From Octopus sinensis (Eukaryota): a DNA stretch of 64,000 nt. Below the pieces are notes generated by a model. That model was not told where the DNA came from and ran no database searches. It saw only the letters and a list, made by a program, of their open reading frames with translations. Shown here one piece after another: positions 25,000 to 38,214 of the stretch (positions are counted from its first letter, which is position 1; each line of letters opens with the position of its first letter). The translations under genes were made by a program, and so were the position numbers. The stretch is from positions 164,772,236 through 164,836,235 of the forward strand of contig NC_043000.1 in NCBI RefSeq assembly GCF_006345805.1, in the 5' to 3' direction.

Positions 25000-25520
25000 T
25001 GTTGTCATGCTTTCACCCATGCTGTCATGGGTTGGACTCTGTGGAAGACATAGGACGAAGTGGTGAAGCATGATCTCTAAACGTTGGGCCTCATGAAGGC
25101 AATGTCGCTGATGATTTTGTTGCAAGCTTTAGGCTTCACAAAGGTAGTGTGGCTGATAGTGGTATCTAGCATCTTGTCTGGTGGCACATAGAAAGCATCT
25201 GTCAAGCGTTGAACTACACAAAGGCAATGTCAGATGAATAAGACCTCTTGCAATATGATGTGCTTTAGAAGAAGACCCATCTAGCCAAGTGAAATTGTAA
25301 TCATGGTAGATACTGGTGTCACGCAACCAGCACCTATGCTGGTGGCACGTAAGGGCATCGATTATACTCTCGGAGTGGTTGGCATTAGGAAGGGTATCCA
25401 ACAATAGAAACCATGCCAAATCAGACTACAGTCTGGTGCAGCCCCTCAACTTACCAGCTGTGGTCAAATCATTCAACCCATGCCAGTATGGACAACGTGG
25501 TTAAGTGATGATGATGATGT
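25000..25520 (+). mobile_element. RTE 3'-end fragments
   Basis: KTWDEVVKHD-like remnant plus the shared GGAAGGGCATCC..CCAACCCATGCCAGCATGG tail. Confidence 0.7.
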
Positions 25521-25551
25521 GTGTGGATATAAGTAAATGTGTGTGTGTGTG

Positions 25552-25853
25552 TGGAGGTGCAATGGCCCACTGGTTAGTGCAGCGGACTCGCGGTCATAGG
25601 ATCACAGTTTCGATTCCCAGACTGGGCGTTCTGAGTGTTTATTGAGCGAAATCACCTAAAGTTCCACGAGGCTCTGGCAGGGGGTGGTGGTGTTCCCTGC
25701 TGTACTCTTTCGCCACAACTTTCTCTTACTCTTTCTTCTGTTGGCCTGCTCACTTAGCCAGCAGGGTGGCGTTATTTGAAGGCTAAAACAATGCGAAGCG
25801 CATTGTGACCAGCGATATGTAGCAACATCTGATAGCCTGGTCGGTCACGGTGA
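25552..25853 (+). mobile_element. tRNA-derived SINE
   Basis: A-box TGGCCCACTGG and B-box GTTTCGATTCC; the 3' part recurs inverted at ~40060-40128. Confidence 0.75.
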
Positions 25854-25984
25854 TATATATATATATATATATACATAAATGAGGGTGAAAAATTAGATAT
25901 TAATTTAATAATACCATCAGTTTAACACCAAGTAGCCTAGCACATAGAAACCAGGGAGACAGTGAAAATTTATATATAAATATA

Positions 25985-26062
25985 AGAGAGTTAACGATAA
26001 GTGGCTAACTCTAGTGCTAGAAATAGCTATTTCTAGCACTAGAGTTAGCCACTTATCGTTAA

Positions 26063-26068
<6 letters not shown>
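25985..26068. repeat. Perfect 84-bp spacer-less palindrome
   Basis: AGAGAGTTAACGATAAGTGGCTAACTCTAGTGCTAGAAATAG|CTATTTCTAGCACTAGAGTTAGCCACTTATCGTTAACTCTCT. Confidence 0.95.
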
Positions 26069-26127
<59 letters not shown>

Positions 26128-26129
<2 letters not shown>

Positions 26130-27320
26130 CATCATCATCATTTAACGTCTGTTTTCCATGCTACCACGGGTTGGATGGTTTGACCAGTTTCTGGGAAGCC
26201 AGGAGGCTGCACCAGGCTCCAGTCTGATATGGCAGTGTTTCTACAGCTGGATGCCTTTCCTAATGCCAACCACTCTGTGAGTGTAGTGGGTGCTTTTTAT
26301 GTGCCACCGGCACGGAAACCAGCCAAGGCACTGCTGGCATCGGCCACGTTCGGATGGTGCTTTTTACGTGCCACCGGTACTGGTATCACAACTACAATTC
26401 CCATTTGATTTTTATTTTGATGTTGATGTACTTGACTCAAAAGGTCTCCTCAAGCATAGCAGGTCGCCCTACGATCGAACATACTTTGAATGGGCTGGGG
26501 CTGGTTATGTGAAGCTGGTGCAAGATACAGCCATGAACTCACTTCATTTGTCGGGTCTTCGAAGTCACAGCATATCTCCAGAGGTCTCGGTCTTTCGTCA
26601 TTGTCTCTGTGAGGCCCAATGTTTCAAGGTCATATTTGACCACCTCATCCCATGTCTTCCTGGGTCTACCTCTACCTCGGATTCCTTCAACTGTTTGGGG
26701 GTGGCACTTCTTCACACATCTCTCCTCATCCATCCTTAGTACATGACCATACCAGCGCAAACGTCTTTCTTGCACGCCACATCCGATGCTTCTTATGTCC
26801 AACATTTCTCTCAGGGTGCTTACACTCTGTCCTGCATGCACACTGACATTACACATCCAGCGGATCATGCTAGCTTCATTTCTTTCGAGCCTACGCATGT
26901 CCTCCGCAGTCACGGACCATGTTTTGCTGCAGTGAAGCATGGCAGTTCACACACATGCATCATACAATCTGCCTTTCACTTTGAGCAAGCGACCCTTTGT
27001 CACCAGTAGGGGTAGAAGCTTTGCCCAGGCTATTCTTATTCTAGCGGTAACACTCTCTGAGCATCCACCCCCACTATTAACTTGGTCACCTAGGTAGTGG
27101 AAGCTATCAACTACTTCAAGTTTCTCCCCCTGGAGTGTGATGGAATCTGTTTTCTGAGCATCTGTGGTGTCTGTTGCCTCTGTGCATCTGTCGCACGCGA
27201 AAGCTATCCTCTCAGTTAATCTTCCTTTGATGTTGCTGCACCTCTTATGTGTCCATAGCTTACGCTAGGTACATCTTATGGAGTCCCTACCTACACCTTT
27301 TCTACAGATTGAGCAGGGCC
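26128..27320 (-). mobile_element. RTE LINE 3' fragment
   Basis: ORF 26539-26940 (RRLERNEASM..RLRWYGHV..RGRGRPRKTW) is homologous to 23972-24373. Confidence 0.88.
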
Positions 27321-27334
27321 AATGATGTATTACC

Positions 27335-28272
27335 ATCATTATCATCATTTAACATCTGCTTTCTATGCTGGCATGGATTGGATAGTTTGACTGAAGACTG
27401 GTAAGCTGTGGGTCTGCACCAGGTTATGATCTGATTTGGCAAGGTTTCTATGGCTGGATGCCCTTCCCAATGCCAACCACCCCGAGAGTGTAGTGGGTGT
27501 TTTTTACGTATCACCAGCATGGATGCCATTGACCTGACACTGGCATCGGCCACAGCTACAGTCTCATTTGGCTTGACAGGTATACAAAAGCACAGTTTAT
27601 CAACAAAGGTCTTGGTCACCTGTCACTGCCTCCATGAGATCCAATGCTCAAATGGTGCTTTTTATGTGCCACTAGCATAGATGCCAGTCAGATGACATTG
27701 GCATTGGCCACAACTATGACTTCACTTGGTTCAACTTGTCTTCACAAGCACAGCATATCACCCAACAATTGACGAGTGCTTTTAACGGGCAAGTTATGTG
27801 ACACTGGCATCAGCCACAACTCCAGTCTTACTTGGCTTGATGGGTCTTCTCAAGCATGGCATATATCCAAAGGTCTCGGTCGCTTGTCATTGCCTCTGTG
27901 AGGCCCAATATTCGAAGATAGTTCTTCGTCACTTCATCCTATGTCTTCCTCTGTCGACCTTTTCTATGGGTTCCCTCCACTGTTAGATTATGAGACTTCT
28001 TCACATAGCTGTCCTCATCCATATGCATCAAATGCCCATACCAGTGCAGTTGTCTCTCCTGCACACCATATCTAATGCTTCTTGTGTTCAACTTTTCTCT
28101 CAGTACTCTTACACGCTGTCATGCAAGCACACTTACATTGCACATCCAGCGAAGCATACTAGCTTCATTTCTTATAAGCCTTTGCATGTCCTCAGCAGTC
28201 ATAGCCCATGTTTCACTGCCATGTAGCATGGCTCTTCACACACAGGCGTCGTACAGTCTGCCTTTCATTCTA
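27335..28272 (-). mobile_element. Degenerate RTE LINE 3' fragment
   Basis: Homologous to 26128-26990. Confidence 0.8.
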
Positions 28273-28769
28273 TGTGAGGCCGTATGTATATACACATCAA
28301 AGCCAATTATATTTTAAATCATTCACTGTAACAAAAATATTAAACATACTGTAAAATATACTTTTGTGCCTTTTCCAACTTTATTTACTTTTTTAACCAT
28401 AATTTCTGATTTGTATGGACTCTTAATCTTTTTTCAACTATGTATATGTACATCATCATTTAATGTCCACTCTCCATTTACATGACACTGGCTTTGACCA
28501 TGACTACAATTCACTGGTGGGTGCCATTTATATGGCACCAGCAATGACCACGACGCAGGGGTGACTGCGATTCATGGGTGCCATTTGCATGGCACCGGAA
28601 TAGGGTTAGGGTTAAGGTCTTACCGGTACCATTTACATGGTACTGCCAATGACCACAATTCCTGGGTGCCAATTTACACGACACCATTGATGACCACAAC
28701 TGTGATGAACAGGTGTCATTTACATGGCACAAGCATTGAACGTGACTATCCACATTTTGTTGGTGGTCA

Positions 28770-29990
28770 CAGCTCATGTTTCACTGCAATGTAACATAGC
28801 TTTTCACACATAGGCATCATTTCTCTCTGAACTTTGTCCAGTCGATTGTTATTTTTGCAGCTGTGCTTTCAGTGCATCTGCCCCTGCTACTGACTTGGTC
28901 ACCGAGGTAACAGATGCTATCAACTACTTCTAGTTTCCCTGCTGGCATTTTTCTATTTTTCTATTTTCTCTACATTTTTAGTGTTAATTCTTCCTGTGCA
29001 TCTTCCGCACACAAAAGCTGCTTTCTCTGTTAATCTTCCTGGCAATATTGCTGCAGCTCTTATGTGTCCATAGCTTGTATTGGGTACATCTTGTGTAAGA
29101 CTTTGGTTTTTGCTAGGTTAACTCTGAGGCCCTTCAATTCTAGACCTTGCTTCCACACCTGAAACATTTTCTCTAGTTCTGGTAGTGATTCAGCTTTAAG
29201 AACAAGGTCATCAGCATAGAGGAGCTCCTAGGGATAGCTTGTCTTAAATTCCTCTGTTATTACCTGGAGTTTATGATGAACAAGAGAGGGCTGAGGACTT
29301 GGTGAACCCATACTTGTACCCTGGATTCTTCACTATACTCATTGCCAATCCTCACCTTACTGACAGCATCCCTGTATATGGCTTGTACAGTTCTCACCAA
29401 CCACCCATCTATCCCTAGCTTCTGCATTGAACACCAGTTAAGGGATTGGGGGATCCTTTCAAAGGTTTTCTCTGTATCAACAAAAGCCAAGTACAGAGGT
29501 TTGTACTTCTCCTGCAGCTACCTTACCAGAAATATAGAATCGGTGTTGCTTCCTCTTGGCACAAAACCAAACTGCATCTCATCCAGACTTACCCTCTCCC
29601 TAATTAGTTTGGCTATGATTCTCTCCGCATCTTTCATCACCCGATCCAACAATTTGATGCGTCTGTAATAATTTCTGAGGCATCGCCTTTGTAGCAGTTG
29701 ACTAAGTTGCTGCTACACCAATCATTGGGTATGACTCCTTTGTATACAACCTGATTTACTATACGGGTGACTAGACCATAACCCACACTGTCAGATATCT
29801 TAAGCATCTCAGCAGTGATTCTTGATGGGCTAGGGTCTTTCCTCATCTTCATATCCTTCATGGCTTTGTCTACCATGCTACTGTCTATTTGGATTGCTGT
29901 TCCTCTGTTGGATCCACACTAGGCAGACTCTCCCTCTCCCATGCATTCTCTACATTTAGTAGCCTTTCGTAGTGGCATTTCTAAGTGCCA
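28770..29990 (-). mobile_element. Degenerate RTE LINE RT fragment
   Basis: GVIPNDWCSS, AFVD.EK.F, LSPLLFII, LYADD. Confidence 0.85.
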
Positions 29991-30534
29991 CTATGAACAG
30001 CCTTTTAAAGATCTTCCCTCGTAAATACAAAGACCTTTCCTCATAAATACGAAGAGCTTTCAAGCCAAATAAGATCGTAATCATGGCTGATGCCAGTGTC
30101 ACATACCTGGCACCCAGGTAAAAAGCTCCCATCTATCTTTGGGTCTCATGGAGGCAGTGACAAATGACTGATACGTTTGGCAATATACCATGCTTGAGAA
30201 GATCTGTCAAGCCAAGTGTGATTGTAGTTGTAGCCAATGCTGGTGTTTTGTTAGGAAGGGCATCCAGCTGTAGAAACCATGCCAAATCAGATTGAAACCC
30301 GGCATAGCTCCCAGTTTACTAGTTTTCAGTCAAACCATCCAACCCATGCTGGCATGGAAAACGGATATTAAATGACAACGACGATGTAGTATATAGTAGA
30401 AATACGTAGTGTAAACATTCAAACTGCATCACTATCTTTTTAAAATCCTGACCATTTCACATGGAAGTTGTTTTGATGTATAGGTCGCACTACCATTTTT
30501 GGGTTGTAAATTTTGGCCTGAAAAATTCGGTCAA

Positions 30535-30821
30535 ACTAAAGCGTTTGACCCGGTCGTAAAAGTGTAATAAGTGTAAAACAACTTGCTCTAAACGAATATG
30601 AAAAAAAAATGCGTGCTTGCAAAAGGGGGTGGGAGAGAGGCCTCAGAAAATTCACATCGTGAATGTTCCGGGTCTGATCCGGGCACAAAAGCAAAAAAAA
30701 AATAGTGTAAATAGTGGCTAAACCATAACATGGAAAGATCAATGTAGTCCATAGCCAAACAACCTCTCTTCTTTTTGTTAGGGAGATTTTAAACACGCTT
30801 GCCTTGAACCAACCCTTTCTC

Positions 30822-30852
<31 letters not shown>

Positions 30853-31087
30853 TCTTGATAAGCGTTTAGTACAAGTAGTTTTACACCAATTACACTATAT
30901 TTTTAAATTTTTTTTCGGCCCAGGTCAAACACTATAGTTTAAAGGCCATGGACTGAAGATGTGAATTTTCCAAGGCCTCTCCCCCACCCCCCTTTGCAAG
31001 AACGCATTTATTTTTGTCATATTCGTTTAGAGGAAGTTACACTATTCTTTTTTTTTTTTTTTTTATGACCGGGTCAAACGCTTTAGT
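30535..31087. mobile_element. MITE with ~125-bp terminal inverted repeats
   Basis: ACTAAAGCGTTTGACCCGGTC...GACCGGGTCAAACGCTTTAGT; flanks are TCAA and TTAA (possible TTAA target). Confidence 0.8.
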
Positions 31088-31225
31088 TTAACCAAAAATT
31101 CAACTTTCTGTGTTAGAAAATATGGTATAAATTTTGATTACTTGAAAACTTCAATGGATATGTAACATTCCATATTATTTTCATATGTTTTTACTTTTCA
31201 GTTTGACAAGCTGACACCCTACAGG

Positions 31226-31384
31226 ATGCCAAAGAAATTTCAAGGAGAGAACAGCAAGGCTGTTCAAGCTCGTGTACGTAAAGAAGCTAAACGCCAAGAA
31301 GAAATACAACGGAAAAATAAGGAAGCTGAGGACAAGCTTTGGGAGGACAATGATAAAAATTCAGCCCGTAAGCAACAGAGAAAA
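31226..31384 (+). CDS. CCDC124: First coding exon of coiled-coil domain-containing protein 124 (Lso2 family ribosome-binding factor)
   Basis: MPKKFQGENSKAVQARVRKEAK...EDKLWEDNDK..RKQQRK matches the CCDC124 N-terminus as I recall it. Acceptor TTTTCAG ends at 31201 and donor GTAAGT starts at 31385 (53 codons, phase 0). Confidence 0.9.
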
Positions 31385-31691
31385 GTAAGTTATTGGAAGT
31401 TTCAAACACATTGTCGTCATTGTCATTTAACAACCACTTTTCTATGCACACACATAAACATATATTCATTGGGTTTTGCAGTTTCTCTTTCTCACAAGGT
31501 TTTGCTGGCTCCAGGCTATATTACAAGACACCTGCCCATTGTGCCATGCAGTGAGACTGAATCTGAGACCATATGGTAGAGAAGGAATCCACAAAGCTAT
31601 GCCTGTACCCATCACATATTTATTATAACTGCTAAGCAAATTCTTCAGTTAGAAATGATTCCCTTTTTGTATGATTAATAAGAAACACAGA

Positions 31692-31862
31692 GGCTCGAGC
31701 ATGGATATGTAGTTAAGAAGTTTGCCTCTCCACCATGTGGTTTCAGGTTCAATCCCACTGCAGGCACTTTGGGCAAGTGTCTTCTACTATAGCCCCAAGT
31801 TGACCAAAGCCTTGTGAGTAGATTTCATAAACAAAAACTGAAAGAAGCCTATTGTGTGTGTA
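31692..31862 (+). mobile_element. tRNA-derived SINE, degenerate
   Basis: GGTTCAATCCC B-box and SINE body; a related inverted copy lies at ~40700-40875. Confidence 0.6.
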
Positions 31863-32904
31863 TAGATATATATGTGTGAGGATTTGTATATCCATCATCT
31901 TCATGTGTGTTCTTTCATTGGTTGCAACTGTAGCGTGTAGCCATTTCAAATAGTAGCGCCAATTTGTGGTAGCTGACAATATGACGTAATATCGTATTGC
32001 CGAAAAAGTATGATTGTCGATTTTCCATTGGTTAATATAACTGCTCATATAGGAATTCTAAAATTAGTTAAAGAATATTTTTATGTGATTTTGATACTTT
32101 AAAGTCAAGTTGAGCAGTTATAAAAACCCTGGATTTTGGGAAAAACTTCAGTGTTTGTGGGATGTAACTAAACTCCATGACACTCCTTTGAGACATTGGT
32201 TATTTTTTATGCCGTGTCCATGAAATATCCAACAAGACTTGTTTGAATTGTTGAGATTTAATATAGCTAGAATGAGGAATTAGTTAGCTAAAATATTAAG
32301 TCGTAATTCTCTACGACAAAAATTACTTTTCTTCAAAATGTATATAAATATTAAAATTGCTATGTGTATATAATAAAATAATGTAGAAATTATTTTCTCT
32401 TTCTTCACGTTCTTCAGTTTACTAATGAATGTATTTCTGTAATTATTAAACTATATTTTATATATTATGTATTTGGCTTCATATTATGCTAGGGAACAAC
32501 CGTGCGGTGTTCTTAAGGAGACATTTATTGCGAACTCCTTACGTGCGGTTGTCTAAACCCTACACAACCAATGGAATTGCTGATGGTGTCATCTAATTTT
32601 CAGTTCTCTCCATAAACATCCCAGGTTGTTTGTTGTGTGATTCACTGAAAGATTATTACCTCACTTGAAAACAAACTGAGGTTGGCAACTGGAAGTGCAT
32701 CTGGTTGTAGAAAACTCTTCCCCAACACACTTCCATCTAACCCGTGCAAGTATAGAAAAGTTGACATAAAAATGATGACAGTTATGAGATGATGTATTTA
32801 TGTCTTCACTTTTGAGACAATATTTTTATTAATTTTTTTTGTTCTCTGTAAAATCTGTTCACAAATCATTAGTCTGTAAGTTATTTTAAGCCTGAAGCTT
32901 GAAA

Positions 32905-33172
32905 TAAATGGAAATTGTAGTTGTGATCCCTGTGTTGGTGGCACGTAAAAAGCACCAATCGACTGTGGCCGTTGCCAGCCTCGCCTGGCACATAAAAAGC
33001 ACCCACTACACTCACGGAGTGGTTGGCGTTAGGAAGGGCATCCAGCCAAAGAAACACTGCCAGATCAGACTGGGCCTGGTGCAGCCTTCTGGCTTCTCAG
33101 ACCCTGATCGAACTGTCCAACCTATGCTAGCATGGAAAACAGACGTTAAACGATGATGATGATGATGATAAT
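32905..33172 (+). mobile_element. RTE-tail repeat; further copies at ~30230-30385, 33370-33540 (-) and 44500-44990
   Basis: GGTGGCACGTAAAAAGCACC units, GGAAGGGCATCC and a (GAT)n end. Confidence 0.75.
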
Positions 33173-33596
33173 GAAGCATTCTGTTTATGAATGGAAATAT
33201 GTACTACTTTCACCAGAACACACAACATGGCTGTAAGGTTAAGACATTTTGAATTTGATCCTTACTGGATGAACTTTTTGGCAGTTGTTTTCAACCATAT
33301 TATTAGATTTCTCAAACCTTGTTTGTGGAATTTGGTGGGGAGAGACTGTACAGAAACTTACTGTCTGTTAACGTCCATTTATCACACTGGCATGGTTTGA
33401 CAGTGGCACCAAGCTCCAATGTCTGCTTTGGCATGGTTTCATGATTGGATGCCCTTCCTAATGCCAACAGAGTGGCAATGGGTGCTTTTTATGTGGTGTC
33501 AGCTTTTTATGTAGCACTGGAATGGGTGCTTTTTATGTTGCAAATTGCTTCTTTTTACATGATGCTGGCACAGGGCATATGTCTAAAATACATATA

Positions 33597-34322
33597 TACT
33601 AGCACTATGACCCAGCGCTGTTGAGTCCAGTGCTACTCGAGTATATTTGGTCTACCATGAAAATCCCGTTCTCTTGTCATTCACTTGGTCTAACTCGTTA
33701 ATTATTCCCTGCATTTCTCAAATCAAAAAATCGTGCACGTTTGAAAGCCAAAACACATGATAACGCGTCTTCGCAAAACACAAAAATGCGCAGTCATTAC
33801 AGACTGTCTGCAAATGCGCACGCGCATCCAACTGTCAGGTGTAAAATTATCTCCGTCCAATCAAAAAACAGACATTTTGCCATTTATAGATATAGAAATT
33901 TGAAGCAAACATTTAGAAATTCTCTGGGAAACTGGAAAATCCAGAAATCTGGGACAGTTCCGGTCCTAAATTGGATAAATTGGTCTGGCACCGTATTGAG
34001 GTATGATACATAACAAAGGGAGGGAAATGCAGAGTTTTAAAGAGTTATTTCCCTTGCTATGGTTTAATATCTTCAGATTAAACGCCTGGATTAAGTGAGT
34101 TACGTCCCTTGTATTAAAGACTTTTGTTACCTGAAACTTAAGGGGTCGGTTTATCGATCTTTTCAAATAGCTTTCAGGGGTAACTGGGAAATAAAAAGAT
34201 CTTCACAACCACCCTTGGACGGTTTTTAATGACCATAGAAAGTGCGAGCCCTCTAACTGAAAAATTGTGGATTTGTATAAAGGACACACACACACACATT
34301 TTGCTGTTGATATATATAGAGA
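33597..34322 (+). mobile_element. Probable non-autonomous Helitron/Helentron-like element
   Basis: Starts TACTAG..GACCC and ends ..TATATATAGAGAT; no ORF; recognised from terminal style only. Confidence 0.35.
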
Positions 34323-34654
34323 TATCATCATTTAGTGCCCATATAGCATACGGGTATGGGTTGAACATTTTACAAGATCCAACAGGTCAGAAGATGCTAT
34401 CAAGCATTGCCTTTGGTATGACTTTTACAGCTGAATGCCCTTCCTAATGCCAACCCCTTACAGAGTGTATTGAGTGCTTTTGTGTGTCACTGGCACAAGT
34501 GTGGTCACCAAGTATACACACTTTCATTTGAGCAGTAAAATGGTTGGGATTAGGAAGGGTATTCAGTCGTAGGGACCTTGTCAAAGCAGATATCAGAGCT
34601 TGGTGCAGTAATCTGACTTGTTAGTTCCTGTCAAACTGTCCAACCCTTGCCAGC

Positions 34655-35166
34655 ATCCTTTGTGTCCGATGACATCACTTGTCTCCAACAATTCGGTGCG
34701 ACACCAGTGCAGAATCACCTCCCTCCGACAAGTCATCCTAACGAGACGTCTGCGTTGGCTGGGTCATGCCCTCCGTCGTCAACCAGGAGAATTCATCTAC
34801 GAAGCAATTGCCCCAGCTCTCCTTCAGGGTTGGCGAAAGCAATGTAGTGGACAACGAAAAACTTGGCTGATAACAGTCAAGACTGATCTGGAACCCAACC
34901 TACGAAGCAATTGCTCCAGCTCCCCTTCAGGGTTATGGCCAATGAGGGTGGAAGATATTAAGCGACTAGAATCCTTCGATCACTTCTGTCTACGCCGCAT
35001 CCTTCGTGTCCGATGGCATCACTTTGTCTCCAACAATTCGGTGCATCACCAGTGCAGAATCACCTCCCTCCGACAAGTCATCCTAACGAGACGTCTGCGT
35101 TGGCTGGGTCATGCCCTCCGTCGTCAACCAGGAGAATTCATCTAGAAGCAATTGCCCCAGCTCCCC
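34655..35166 (+). mobile_element. RTE LINE C-terminal fragment, internally duplicated
   Basis: RRLRWLGHALRRQPGEFI occurs twice (~34665-34820 and ~35010-35165). Confidence 0.8.
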
Positions 35167-37610
35167 GATCCCATCAAAGGATTTTTACTCTAAGAAACTT
35201 CTGCAAAAAATTACTGATGTAATTAAGCTTATGAGATGGAAGGCTTTCTTTTTGACACAGAAGCGAACACCAAGGAAAACATTTGCTATCGGATAAAATC
35301 CAAAAAATTCCCTCCTAGGATTAAAGGCTTGGAAGATTTCGAAGCGGACCTGCTGAAGATCATGAGCAAAATAAAGTTTCGTAAGTCTTTTAACAATTCC
35401 AACATAAATTGAAAAAAGATATTGATCATATAAAAAGCTCCAAGAAAAAAGCACTTTTTTCGGATAAAACCAAGAACTTATACCTGGTAGATAACAGCAA
35501 ATACACACAACTCTTACACAACAGCATCATTAATAATTATACTAAGGCTAGGGCACAGACATATAACGAAATTAATAAAGAAGCTAGCGTCATCGCCGCT
35601 AAACTTAAATTAGATAAAAAAATAGAAACCCTCCCCCAAAAAGAGGCCTTTATTACTATTAAAGACCACAAAGAAAACTTCCTTTCCAACCCTAAATGTA
35701 GGCTTATCAACCCAGCCAAGTCAGAACTAGGGATTATTAGCAAAGAAATTTTAGATAAAATAAATACGAAAATTAAGACCGATACTAGGCTAGTGCAATG
35801 GTCCAATAGTATAGAAGTCGTAGACTGGTTTAAAGCTATTAAGAATAAGAAAAAAGCGAGGTTTACACAATTCGATATTGTTGATTTTTATGCCTCTATC
35901 TCTAAAGAACTGCTAGATAAAGCCCTAATCTTCGCTAGTGACTTCATAGAAATTAGTACCAATGATAAGGATATAATCTTCCATGCTAGAAAGACATTAC
36001 TTTTCAGTGAGAATGCAAAGTGGGTAAAAACACCGACACGGAGGGCGCTTTCGATGTGAGCATGGGTTCATATGATGGGGCAGGCATCTGTGATCTAATT
36101 GGACTCTTTCTCCTAGATACCTTCGGTAAGACATTCCCTAACGTACATTTCGCCATCTACAAAGATGATGCCCTCGCCTTAACAGCTAATACAAATGGAC
36201 CAGCACAAGATCGTTTTAGGAAGGATATTATCCAGTTAATGAAACACTTCGGACTTAGTATAACTATAGACACTAACCTGACGATTGTCAATTTCTTAGA
36301 CGTTTCCTTAGATCTTAATAATAATATTTATAAGCATTATAGGAAGCCCAATGATAGACTAAGTTATATTAATGTAGGTTCATGCCATCCCCCTATAGTA
36401 TTCAAAAATTTAGTTAAAAATATTAGTAAGAGGATTTCTAGCCTCTCATCTAATGAGGACATCTTCAATAGCGTTGCCCCAGTTTATAATAAAGCTTTAA
36501 AAGATAGTGGTTTTAGCGAAAAAATAAAATATACACCTATCACCAGCCCAACAATAAGGAAAAGGAATAATAGAAATAGGAAGGTCATCTGGTTTACGCC
36601 CCCTTACTCACCCGAGGTGGCCTTCAATATAGGTAAATATTTCCTAGCACTGATAGATAGACATTTTCCAGTTAACCATGCTTATAGGAAACTCTTCAAT
36701 AGACACAATTTAAAATTAGTTTTAGTTCAACTACCAATTTTAAAAAATAATCAATCATACATACAAAAAACACAAGAGAAAACAGCTGTTCATGCAGGAA
36801 TAAAGAATTGTGCCCGCTAAATGGAGCTTGCATGTCCAAGACCATCATATATGAAGCTACCGTAAACTCTATAACCACTAAAGACACCGTTTCGACGAAG
36901 AAATACGTGGGCCTGACAGAGGGTAATTTCAAGGCCAGGTTCAATAACCACACTTTGAGCTTTAGGCACTGGAACAAAAGAAAAGCGACACAATTATCCA
37001 ATCATATTTGGTCTTTAAGAGATAAAGGTGTCGATTATAACATACAATGGAAGATTTTGGCCAGATGTAAGCCCTATACTAACGGCAGCGGAAGGTGCGG
37101 TTTATGCGACATGGAGAGATGGCTTATCTGGAAAAGCAGCTTAGACCCTACCACATGTCTAAATACAAGGACAGAGCTTTTCGGATCATGCCCACATGTG
37201 ACTAAATTCCTGTTACGTTTTTGGTCCCCTAAAGAAAACGGATAGAACATGCTTTCTGTGTTATGTCCCAAGAAGATTTTATATATTTTTATATATTTTT
37301 ATATATTTTTATGTATTTTTATATAATTTTTATGACGAAAAATGCGAGCGATGTATAAGTACGCAGGCAAAGCAGAGTTACAACAGAGTAATTTCCCTTC
37401 ATTTTTAACGGTATTTTTTTCATAACGTTTTCAAATAGCCAGATAACCGAAGAGATGGTGTTGTGGATTTCCACTTCGGCATCTGAAACTCAGAGTTTTA
37501 TCTTGACTACCGAGTAATGTAACATATTGTATAGATATATATATATATATATATAACAAAATACAAGATGGGCCAAGAACGCAAAGCATCCGGACAACTA
37601 GGGTTATATA
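35167..37610 (+). mobile_element. Penelope-like retroelement, near full length, frameshifted
   Basis: FTQFDIVDFYASI, MGSYDGA, IYKDD, CPLNGAC..IIYEA..YVGLTE..FKARF.NH; the tail carries a hammerhead. Confidence 0.92.
37441..37503 (+). ncRNA. Type I hammerhead motif, U4C core variant with extended stem II
   Basis: AGATAA-CCGAAGA-GATG..GTGG attt CCAC..CATC(T)-GAAA-CTC a GAG-TT-TTATCT. Confidence 0.72.
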
Positions 37611-37749
37611 TATATACATACGTATGTATGCATGCATGTATGTATGTATGTATGTATGTAGTATGTATGTATGTATGTATGTATGTATGTATGTGGTGTG
37701 TGTGTGTGTGTATGTGTGTGTATGTGTGTGTTTGTGACTTTGTAAACTT

Positions 37750-38200
37750 TGCTTTCCACACAAATTGCATATCCAGTTTGAACCAGCAAGAGCTGCATTT
37801 ACGTTCTGATCTTTGTGGATCTTAAAATGTATTTTGAGGCCTCCCTTAGATTTGCAGACCTTCTAGCATACACGGCATTGAAAGTTGTGCACAGATATAT
37901 TGACAGAATGGCTGGTGGAGGTTCGTTGTTCAAGGGTCCGCAAATGAGATTTGAGTCCAGCAAGAGAAATATCAGAGATTCTGCTCACAAAAAAAAGAAA
38001 AAAATGCTGAGATTCATATTCTCGTTGATAATAACATTTTTCTTCGAATTTCTTTTCGCTTTTCATTGGGACATCCTGGTTCTTCAAAACTTTCACTGCA
38101 TTTTTGTTCGCCATCCAACTCGGTCTCATGCAAGGGTTTCTACGGCTTTTGGATCAATTCCCACTGACTCTGACTTCACCATATTTTGTTATACAGTCCT
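37750..38200 (-). mobile_element. Degenerate RTE-type LINE C-terminus with C2H2-like motifs
   Basis: GIDP..VETLA.DR.GWR, AGLKSHLRT and FQCRVC.KVCKSKGGLKIHFKIH on the minus strand. Confidence 0.55.
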
Positions 38201-38214
38201 TAATATATATATAT

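Noticed and set aside
28600-28618. Short TTAGGG/CCCTAA runs (also 50386-50399 and 59340-59352)
   Set aside because: Only 2-3 units each; too short to call telomeric.
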